From: Macrostomum hystrix
Lineage: Eukaryota > Animalia > Platyhelminthes
Direction: 5' to 3'
Assembly (NCBI GenBank): GCA_950097015.1
Contig: CATNEN010000008.1
Coordinates: 992,001-1,056,000 of the forward strand
DNA: 64,000 nt
A program made the translations under genes and the position numbers. Shown piece after piece: positions 46,201-57,407 of the stretch (position 1 is the stretch's first letter; each line of letters begins with the position of its first letter). The notes under the pieces are model-generated. The model searched no databases, had not been told where the DNA came from, and was given only the letters and a program-made list of their open reading frames with translations.

Positions 46201-48267
46201 GCTGTCTTGCTTATTTCAATCCCGCTCGCTCGTGAACTGGGGCTGCTGAATAGGGGTTGGTTTTGGAAAAAACCAAGCGGAGTGAGGCTGTTCGGCTGGA
46301 GAATGAGGCACGAACCGAGGGGGAAAGTAGGGAGGGGTTAGGATGGGTGGAGGCGATGGCTGCGCAGAACTGAAATGATAGGTGGGATGGGACGGCCTGG
46401 GGCCAGAGGAGACAGAGACAGAGTGAGGACAAAATGAGGAGGAGGAAGTGCGAGGGAGCGGATAGGAGAGTGAGCCTGAATCATGTCGAACGATGCAGCT
46501 AGTTCTTCGCGCCTGAGAGATTGAGACTGGAACGGTTGGGAGAGGCAGGGCCCCTCGACACGATATGTATGCACAGTCAGCAGCTGGCAAGTTGGCAAGT
46601 TGAGAAGGAAGCCAGACGATTCTGAACCCTGCTGGCTGCTGATTAGATGCTTTTGTGTCTCATCTGATGCGCAAGTCCTTGCACTCGTTCGAATGGAAAA
46701 AAACTAAACTCGACAAGTAGATAGTGAGCTTCATATCGGTTAAGGGATTTTTAATTGCTTTCAGGAAAAAGCGCTAGTATCGGGGACTATTACCAAGAAA
46801 TACATCAAATTAAAATTTTGACCATCTGGTACTCACCACTCTGGGAGTCCCTGTCTTAGTTTTCTGCAAATTTTACATGAATTCTTCATGCCTTGAAAAT
46901 TCAGTTGAAGATATATTCAGAGCAGGACTCTATGACTGCGGAGTTGACAAGCTTTTTCCATCAGGCAAATCACACCGGGCGTAGTTGCTCCACATCTCGT
47001 TCAGGAGCCAACCTTGTGCAAATTTTCACAAATGTTCTGATTAATGATTAAACATTTCAAAAGTGCCTTGCCGAACTGTCCGATTTCCCATTTTTTCGAG
47101 ATTTTCGCTCTAGTTTTTGTTAAAACTGCAGACTTTTTTACGTTCTAGCCTAGATACCAAAGCTTTGGAAACAAGACAGTGACTTTTGACGTCGAGAAAT
47201 TCGTATTTAATACGGGAAGTATATTTTCAATTTCCGTGTGTACGATTCTCTAGCTTAAAATAGCCTCTGATTAATTCAGTTGCTTGTTTTCAGAATGCCA
47301 AAGTAGCATCTTTTGAATACGAAATTAGGCCAAAATTTCAATTTCCTGTATAGGAGCTGCAAGGTAAAGTACGCTTTAAAATTGAGGATACTGCGCTAAG
47401 GATGAGATTGAGGCGAGCTTAAGCGTGATGTTACTGTCCCTTGTATGGATGAAAAAACCTCGTTGTTTCACAAAGTAATTTACTTATAGTAAGCGCTCTA
47501 AACACGAATTCAGAAATTTAAGTTGTTGATAAATATGCCGTTGTTAAAATATTGGACTTTTTAATGCACCAAATAGTAATTAAATTAAGTCGTCTGACGC
47601 TTTGAGCGCCAAAGCTTAGGAAACTAATGAATACATGGATTATTCTTGCAAATTAGGGGACTAAAACACGAGCGTATTCGACAGCTTGGATATTGAACTA
47701 AATGGCGCCAAAGCCTTGTGTGTTTAGCTGCGTATCAACCGTGACATTATGTTTGTTTTTTAACACTTCCAAGAGCAAGGTAATTTAATAATTTAGTAAT
47801 TTAGTTTAAAAAAACTAACATTTAGTATAGGTAGATTGTTTACTTAAGAAAATATTCTCGGTAAAAAGCAGCGAAACTCTGAACTACGTTCGTACTTTTA
47901 ATTGTTCTACTTTCAAGTGAGCCGTTCGTCTATTAAGCGCTTCGCTTGGATTTTGAACTACGAAAGGTTCCTTTCACGAATCCTTTCATACCTCGCTCGG
48001 CTCTATGCCATAGACATTTCTCTATGCGGCCCAAGCGAGAAGGTTTAGTGCATACTTTATTAAACACACTAAAATCTAGCTGAAGCTGGCTTTAGCGCCA
48101 TAGACGCGCCGATTCTTACACACGTACAGGACATCGGGAGAAGGGCTTGGAACTAAGCGAGCTGAGTAAAGAAAGGGCAGAAGGCAAAGGAGTGAAAGCC
48201 TAGTCTCGTAGAATTAAATCGTATTGCTCTGAGCAGCACAAAAAGACGCACACACAAAGCCAGCAAG

Positions 48268-49809
48268 ATGCGCGAGATCGTTCATATGCAGGCCGGCCAG
48301 TGCGGCAACCAAATCGGAGCCAAGGTGAGTACGCATTGAAGTTTAATTTACCTATTTGTATAACACACGCAGTTTAATATTGCGTAAATAAACTTCTTAA
48401 GGCTTAAACGCTTTACAAACTTGTAAAACCAATTCAGTTCTGGGAAGTAATCTCAGATGAGCATGGCATCGACCCCACTGGTACTTACCATGGAGACTCG
48501 GACCTGCAGTTGGAGCGCATCTCCGTCTACTACAACGAGGCCACCGGTGGAAAGTACGTCCCTCGTGCCGTCCTCATTGACCTGGAGCCTGGTACCATGG
48601 AGAGCGTCCGGTCTACCGCCTTCGGCATGCTGTTCCAACCCGATAACTTGGTGTTCGGCAAAAGCGGCGCCGGTAACAACTGGGCCAAGGGCTATTACAC
48701 TGAGGGCGCCGAGATCATCGAGAAGATTTTGGACGTCGTGCGCAAGGAATGCGAAGGCTGCGAGTGCCTTCAAGGCTTCCAGCTGACTCACTCCCTCGGT
48801 GGTGGCACTGGCTCAGGCCTGGGTTCACTTCTGCTCAGCAAAATCCGGGAAGAGTATCCGGATCGCATAATGACTTCTTACTCAATCGTTCCTTCACCAA
48901 AGGTAAGAATGACTCCACAATGGCGTTTTAAATTTAAGCCTCCGTACCGAATTAACCCACACCTTATGAATTGTTCTGCTTAAACTCAAACCGCAGGTGT
49001 CTGACACAGTTGTGGAGCCTTACAACTGCATGCTCTCATTGCACCAGCTTGTCGAGAACACCGACACCAGCTTCTGTATTGACAACGAGGCTCTCTACTA
49101 CATCTGCTTCCACACCCTGAAGCTCGGTCAGCCAAGCTACAGCGACCTGAACCATCTAGTCAGTGCTGCCATGGCTGGCACCACCACCTGCCTACGCTTC
49201 CCTGGTCAGCTGAACGCTGATCTACGCAAACTGGCTGTTAACATGGTGCCCTTCCCCCGCCTGCACTTCTTCATGCCCGGCTTCGCCCCACTGACTGCCA
49301 GGGGCAGCTCCAGCTACAAGCAGGTGAATGTTGCCGAGCTCACCCAGCAGATGTTCGATGCCAAGAACATGATGGCCGCCTGCGACCCGAAGCACGGCCG
49401 CTACCTAACCGTGGCTGCCATCTTCCGCGGCCGTATGTCTACTAAGGAGGTCGACGAGCAGATGCTCAACCTGCAGAACAAGAACAGCTCCTACTTTGTG
49501 GAGTGGATTCCCAACAATGTCAAGACTGCCGTGTGCGACATACCGCCACGAGGCATGAAGATGGCGGTAACTTTTATCGGCAACTCGACTTCAATTCAAG
49601 AACTGTTTAAGCGAGTCTCCGAGCAGTTCAGCGCCATGTTCAAACGCAAAGCTTTCTTGCATTGGTACACAAACGAAGGCATGGACGACCACGAGTTCAT
49701 GGAGTCAGAGTCCAACGTCAACGACTTGGTATCTGAGCTGCAACAGTACCAGGACGCCACCGCAGATGATGAGGGAGAATACGAAGAAGAAGAAGAGGAG
49801 CTGGAGTAA
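48268..49809 (+). CDS. TUBB: Beta-tubulin, divergent isotype, 444 aa
   Basis: Exons 48268-48324 ([19 protein letters not shown]), 48438-48902 and 48997-49809. Contains GGGTGSG and [25 protein letters not shown], and an acidic tail. Confidence 0.98.
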
Positions 49810-51394
49810 GCGCTGACCATGAAACCAAAGCGTTGTTCTGGACTCCCCACCATTTTGCGTCCAAACAATTGAGGCGTTTTTATTTAGTAAAAGCGGGAAA
49901 CGCTGTCCAATAACACCCCAGTATGCGATTATTTATCACACCATTCTTACTGTAAACACTTCCAATCCAAGCTTTCCGCAAACTTGTCCAGTCTATGTGA
50001 AGTTTTTGAAGTGAATCTTTATTTTCACAATGAATGTTTTTTATTTCCAGTGCTAGAGAAATTGAATTTTCGCCAGCTACTTTCTTTATTATAAATTCCT
50101 ATTTAGTTATACTCTAGCCAAGAGCAAACAAGTGCTTTAAAAGACTGCTTTAGAAATAATTCCGCGCGTGTCCGAGTCATGTAAAAAGTTGATGAAGTGA
50201 CAGGAGATGCATGCAAAAATAAGGAAATCTAGAACTGGTCGCTTTGGATGGATTCTTTGACGAATCTCGGCGAGATGGACATAAAGAGTAACTTATTTAC
50301 GATCGTGTTATTGCCTCTTTGTATATTTCAAGGCATTTCTGAAGTTTGTGTCTCAGAACTATTTTAGCTAGTTAAGAGATTGAGCAATCACTAAACGACA
50401 AGAAAAAGCTGAGACTTAAGCTCGTATTTCTATGCGGTTGACCTACCATACGAAACTCGACCATACAAGCATCAGAGGCGTGTTTCTAAAGGCTACTTTT
50501 TGCTCACAAAGGGTATTTAGCTAACGATGCTTGCTGAAAGTGAAATGGAAACGTTTTATTGGAGTACAGTATATCCTTGATATACTGTCAAAGTCCACGT
50601 TCGTGGAACTGCACTAGAAACAACCTACGGCTACATTATGAAAAAGTTATGAATGTACGAGTACTGCAATTATTATTTTTAGTTTCCAGTCCCCCTAGTA
50701 CAATCAGATCCTAATTAGCCCACTCGAGTGCTTTTGAATCTTGAATATTCGTATTCGCGTAGAAAAAATCATCAGTGAGTCTTTCCGGTGCTAGTAGCTT
50801 GACAGTAAAAAATGACCCGAGAGAAATCAGTTCAGTAAGACGCAAATTAAGGTCGGGCATTTTTTACATTTCGCGGGTCTAAAATGTCACAGCGAAGAGT
50901 AGTACACTGATTTGTTCTATGGTCGATGTCGTGTCGAGAGTAGCATGAAAGGGCCGGTAATTGCTATACTTTTCATAGCAATTAGTTACACATCAGTAAA
51001 AAAACTACCGTGAAAAGTACATTTAACTTTGTTTCAATACGTCAGCTTTTTTGCAATGAAGCTGAAAATGTTAGCTCGTATTTAAATATCGAAGCAAAAA
51101 TCGCATTAACTTTTTAAAAAAGATAGCTACATGGCAACATGAAGATGTGGAGATCCTAAACATAGATCGAGTCTAATCCCAGCGGAGCGGTCGATGCGGT
51201 TTCCGAGGCTTGATAGCTTGGTTTTGTTAGTCCTTCACTACCTCTTTTATGTCTTTCGGAATTGCCTCAAAAACATGCTTTCTACCTCCGACATAGAAGA
51301 CAGGACTTTTTGGAAATGCATCCTATGAACCCGAGCTTCTTGGTCCTTGGAGTGTGTTCACAACAGTTCACACGATGCACTGTCCGCATGAAAG

Positions 51395-53026
51395 TTAGTC
51401 AAATTGAAACTGCAGCCTGGACTCGGTGCTGGCATTCGCTAGAACCGCATTGGCTAGCGAGCAGTTCAGCCGGAAGCTGCGGCCCCTAGGCGGTCGGACA
51501 ATCTGCACCATGACTAACGGAGCTAGGTAGAAAGAATCGTCCGTTGGATGCGGAAAATAGTATCTGGGAATAAAGTGGAGGATAACAGAATATTTTAGAC
51601 AAGGATATTGTCTAACGCTCATCTAAAAACTTTTCTAAGATTTTATACACCACCACGGTTAATAATTAAAATAATATTTGCAGGAGGCCTGTGGGCACTG
51701 GTACACCATTTAGTGACAGTAGAACCGCAGCCAGCGAGGAGGCAATTCTACCCATTCCTTTGACTTCTGAGCACACACTCACATAGGTGTGTACATCTGC
51801 GCTGACTTTCTCATCGTTATGCAGTGTACACTTTCATTCTGCCTTGGAGGTTGGCCCTCAAGGTAGGGCGTAAATTGCACGACAAGCCCCCAAGCCTTCT
51901 CTCCGCGGCTTCGCCACAAATAAATTGGCCTCGCCGTAGAATCGAGCCCAGGGACCTTAGTGCGAGAGGCAGACGCGTTAGGCCGATCCTCCACTCACCC
52001 GCTTAGCACCTCGGTTAGTGAGAAAATTGTGAATGACTAATCCCGCGTACCTCGGAAAATAGCCGTATATCTGTCCGTGATGCGTGACCCTCGGATGGTA
52101 CCTCAGCTCTAATTTCTCACCGTCGCCGCCTCCTCTGGCGTCCATGACCGCAGCGTAGCAATTCAATAGCAGATCTTCTGAGTAGTTGCCAATCAGAGCT
52201 GAGCCCGGCTTCACTAGCACGCACGGGTCGCCAACCAAATAGCCGAACGCTGTGTACAGATTGCAGGCGCCCAGAGGACCCGTCAGCTGCGGTACGCAGA
52301 CCTCGCGTCCTGGCAACGGATATGCGCCTAGGCCGTCGCAGTCTTTGGGTCGTCGGCCGGCGCGCAACAGTCGCGGGTACCAACGTCTGATTTCATAGTC
52401 ACTAAGTTCCCCGCCAATTCTGGCCAGCACGCCAGCTAGGTCGTCGTCATTCTTGCGATCCAAGCTGACAAAACCGTGACTATTTTGATAGGTTTAAATA
52501 AGCTTTTTTATTAAACTTGAAATGCTGATGCATTTGTAAGATATGCGAAGTGTAAGGAAACGCTATAAGGTCACAGTTGGTAAAAATCGGATGCTTACCT
52601 TTGCGCACCGTTGCTGCCGCCTCCGAGGCGTGGCTCCATTCTTAGATATTCTCGAGCCTCGTCCTTGTTGAGCAGTAGGCTTATGATAACGCTGAAGATG
52701 ACGACAAAGGCAATTAGAATTGTGCCGCCCAGCACCAGCTGCAGCCTGAGCTGCTTGTTAATGCGCTGCTTTCGCTCCTGGGTTTCGTCGTCCAGCTGAT
52801 GGGCTAGTCGAAAAGGGTCGGCTATGAGCTCTGCCGCCGCCGCCCCTGTCTGGTGCTGCTGATAGCGAGCGCTCTGACGGCGTCCGAAGAATAGGGCATG
52901 GAACTCTCGACGACAGCAATGCTCCTGCTCCTGCTCCTGCTGTTGCTGCTGCTGCTGATGATGATGATGATGCAGAGGTTTTTCTGTCGTGGCTCCTTCG
53001 ACAGGAACAGACGATGTCGATGACAT
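51395..53026 (-). CDS. ATP1B: Na+/K+-ATPase beta-subunit-like type II membrane protein, about 336 aa
   Basis: Phase-consistent exons 53026-52599 (one TM helix), 52464-52051 (FGYLVGDPCVLVK) and 51563-51395 (YYFP...YLAPLVMVQ...LNC). Six extracellular Cys as in the beta-subunit disulfide pattern. Confidence 0.78.
51660..52002 (-). mobile_element. SINE family A copy in intron 2 of the beta-subunit-like gene
   Basis: Full tRNA-like head, family A body and AT-rich tail. Possible imperfect TSD CACC(A/T)CGGTTA. Confidence 0.88.
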
Positions 53027-55754
53027 TTTTCGTTTCTATTTACCTAAATTTTTTATGTGACTTTTCCGGTATTTTGTGCGTATCGACTGGTCGATTTTGC
53101 TTGAGGCAACGCGCTCTTTTTGGTGCAAGTCTTATGGAGAGATAGGAGGGGGCCTTTGATGGGACTTGAATGAGGGGTCCAAATGCTTCCGTTTATACTC
53201 CGGCAATAATTTATTCATGCAGAAGCCAGGCTATCTGCGGGTGGCGAGGTTGGCTGAAACAAAGATAGATTGAATAATATACACGTGCAGATGGAGCTGC
53301 TGGGGATGCGTTGCAGGACAGCGGATTAGGAGATCGGGCGACCTCCGCAAGCTTAACATAGATGCGGACTTCCATGCTGTCTCTATTGCTAGCGAGCTTC
53401 TCTAGCCAGCGACCCAGCCGCAGAACTGGATTGGTCAGGGACAGAGAGACCACGTGAAAGGAAGCAGAGGAGGCTGTCGACGGTGTGGATGTGGGGAACA
53501 AATGAATTGCCTGCCCACTGGCGCATGGAGACTACTCCAGGCGCTTAGCGCAGGTGCTAGTGGCTTTGAAAGGATCGGAAACACTGATAATAGTATTGCA
53601 GCTTCTCTTTTCAACTTTAGTGCCAGTGGCATTATACAACGAGCTCGTACATGCCGTTGGCACAGGCTGCCGTGGACAAAAGTCGTCGGGGCCAACAATG
53701 TGACTTCTTTTCTCTTTCTATCTACAGCGGAGCCGCGTTTAACTCATCTGACTCTATTGCGATCTTTTGTCTCTGAGCGCGTACTATGAAACTGCGGCAG
53801 CCGGTTGCTAGGTGGGTGGCTGGCTAACGACTGACAGACTTCGTTTTCCTATCTCATCTCATCTCAGTCCACTTCCCTCTGCTCAGCAGTCATAGCTAAA
53901 AGTTTAGCCTGACATTGTGCCGACATTAGCAAAACCAATTCTAATTAGATTTTCATTTTTCATTGTCAATTAACTGAGACAGAAAGACAAGAGAGGATCT
54001 GACGTATTGTTGAATAGTCACGCACTCACGCACTCGACCTTCTGCATTTGAACTATTCACTCGCTTTGTATGTGGAGCTTGCATTAAAGTTTTAAAAAAC
54101 TTTTAATTTCTTTATCTCGTTGACAAAATGTGGAGCATTGTTGTAGTTGCTGATTATCGTAAAGTGTTTGCTTTACTACTTGCAACCTTCTCAGCCTTTA
54201 TTCCATTTATTTTTAGACAGTTTAATCTTGCAGTCCCGAGTTTTAAAAAGCAAAAGTTTTAAACAATTTTTAAAGGCCAAGTTGATATTGTAGCGGAAAA
54301 TTCACGCAATTGAATGCTTCTCTGAAGGGAATTCAGAATACAGTAGTCAGTAAAACAACAACCAGTTAATGCTCTTCGTCAAATTAAAAATACTGTTCGA
54401 ATGTCGAGCGATAGTGTCTAAAAAGCCGAGAAAATGTTTTTAAATAGTTGTAACTTCTGTCTTTTGCGCAGCAAACACTAGTAATTCGAACTCAATTGTA
54501 GTGGGCTTGACGCCTCAAAGAGCAAATCGCTGAGTGAAAGTTGATTGTAGCAAATTCAATTTTCAGCACAGTGGCAGAACACGCGTCAATGTTAACAATA
54601 ACAGCAGCCTTTCTAAAACATTTACATTACAGCAATAAACGTAACATTTCCCCACAATCACTTTCAGATATCCGATGAAAAATAACGAAGTAAGTACTAG
54701 TTCGTATATCTTCATTCGAGAATAACTGCGTCTTATCGCCTTTTTTAACATAGAAGTACATAATTTGCTTGACCGTTAGTCTGCCTTTCCATCAGTTCTG
54801 GCTATCTGCTCCGAGCTGCTACGTCTATGGCCAAAAGCGCAGACCTCCCTCCCCTCCCACCTTCAGCTCAGATGAGCGAGAGAGAGAAAGAGCGAGAGAG
54901 AGCAAGAAGGTGCGCAAGATTGTTTCAAGTTTTAAAAGCGAGATAACTTAAATCGAAGCTTTCACTTGTTTGGTCCTACTGAACTGTTTGAAGCTCATCA
55001 TCTTCTTTATCTGTTGCTTCCGTGTCCAATCGGCGGCCAATCGAACACGCGAATATCAAAACGACAAGCAGCAGGAGCCAACCGAGCGAATCGAAAAGAA
55101 ATCTTCGTCCTAGACCTAACAGTAGAACTAGACAAAACACTATTAGTAAGCAATACAGTCTTTGTGATCGCGCCTATTTTAAATTAATTGTTTTACCCCT
55201 CCTGCAAACACCTTCGAAAAATTCTCCGAATGTATCGTCAATTCAGTCGTCTCTCCCTGATTGCCCAACCAGAGAAGGCCCCATTTCTGGTCTTGAGGGC
55301 CAGCCACGCTCACTATTATTTTAGACAAGCTGATCGGTGTGCCATTTCTGCATAGCTACATATCTTCTCGTACTCCCATTGCCACCTCCGTCTGTCTCCC
55401 AGCACTCGGTCATATTGTTGTTGCACGAGGCCTCTGAGGCCCATGCAGTGTTTACCCCCCCAGCCGAATATTTCTCTCCCCTCCTCTCTCCGAGACTTTA
55501 GCTAGAGAAGCACGCAGAGAGCCCATATCTTATCAGGAGCTGCAGGCAGGTTGTTGGGCCGAACAAAATCAGGGGCGGAGAAGAGGGGGACCCCACACAC
55601 CCTGGCACAGCCAAGCCGCCCACCTCCTCTCTCCCAGCTCGGATTGCACGCCTACAGGACCACCCCCTCTCCTGCAACCTCGAGGGGCCCAAGCACACCA
55701 CGAGCCACTTCTGACAAGCCCTCCACTCAAATCCAAAAAGGTCGCGCCAAAGAC

Positions 55755-57361
55755 ATGAGCCAGGGCACGGTCGTACAAAAAGCAATGGTGTACAACGATA
55801 TGACTTTGCAATTTGGCTCGCTCAGTCTCGAGACTGCGTACCAGCATCAGCAGCACCAGCTAGGCAGCATGATGGATTCGCTGCAAAACTACGGCCAGCA
55901 TCAGTATCAGCACCAGCACATGCAGAGCGGCCCGGAGAGTCCCAGCACTGCCTCATCGGAAATCAAGTCGCAGAACAATCAGAATGCCATTGTCGTGCCG
56001 CCTGAAGAGGCCATCCTGAAGCTATGCGAGCGCACCAAGTACCAGATTGTGCAAGAGAATGGTCAGAGAAGGTACGGCCCGCCGCCCGACTGGGAAGGCA
56101 TCCCGCCCAATCGCGGCTGCGAAGTCTTTATCGGCAAGATACCGCGCGACTGTTTTGAAGACGAGCTGGTACCGGTGTTTGAAAAGGCGGGTCGCATCTT
56201 TATGTTTCGCCTGATGATGGATTTCTCTGGTTCGAACCGCGGCTACGGCTTCTGTATCTATACGAATCGGGAGGACACAAAGCGCGCGGTGCTCAAGCTG
56301 GACAACTACGAGATTCGGCGCGGAAAAACACTCGGTGTCTGCCTCAGCGTTGACAACTGCCGCTTATTTGTTGGCGGAATTCCAAAGAACAAGACCAAGC
56401 AGGAGATTATGATCGAAATGAAGAAGGTTACGGAGGGCGTGCGCGATGTTATTGTCTATCCATCGGCCGCGGACAAGGGTAAAAATCGCGGCTTTGCGTT
56501 TGTCGAGTACGAGCACCACAAAGCGGCGGCAATGGCTCGTAGGAAGCTCATTCCAGGTCGCATCCAGCTGTGGGGCCATCAGATTGCTGTGGACTGGGCC
56601 GAGCCTGAGCGCGAGGTCGACGAGGACATCATGTCCAAGGTGAGGCGGGTTGACTCACGGTTTTGTTACCATGCTATGATTGATTGAATTTAATTATTGA
56701 TTTAATCGAATTATCTATGATTTGTCCATCTACTGTACGTACCAGCACGAGCAGTTCTTTATTCAAATACTTTTATGTAAAAAACTAACACAGGTGAAGA
56801 TACTGTATGTTCGCAATCTGATGCTTAACACAACGGAGGATCACCTGAGGGATCTGTTTGCCTCAGCTGTTGGCAGCCTCAGCACCGACTGTGTCGAACG
56901 CGTGAAGAAGATTCGCGACTATGCCTTTGTGCACTTCAGAGATCGCGCCGACGCCATCACAGCCATGGAGAAGCTCGATGGTGATCTCCAAGAGGACATG
57001 ATTTTATGTTTATCGCTCTAAACAATCGTTAAAAATGCTAACTGATCGGAAAAAAATTATGCAAAAACTTTCTAGACACCGAAATTGAAGGCTCCCGAGT
57101 GGAAGTGACCCTAGCCAAGCCTGTCGACAAGGCCGAGTCAGCCCGGGCTAAAACTGCCGCAGCTGCCGCCACTGGTGCGGCCGGCCAGTCGAAGTTGCAG
57201 CCGTTGGCCCAGCTGATTGCGCCGCCGCAAGCTGTTGGCCTCTACCAGCACCAGCTGCAGGTGGTGCATTCGGGACTGGCGCAAGCCACTACTCTGCATC
57301 CGCTTGAGCCTCTGACACTGGCTGCCTACTGCCAGGGCAATGGAATGCTGGCACACGAGTC

Positions 57362-57407
<46 letters not shown>

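Noticed and set aside
3215-53026. Functional neural gene cluster (channel, TARP, arrestin, pump beta)
   Set aside because: The genes are unrelated families in mixed orientations with no shared regulatory signal visible, so this is consistent with chance.
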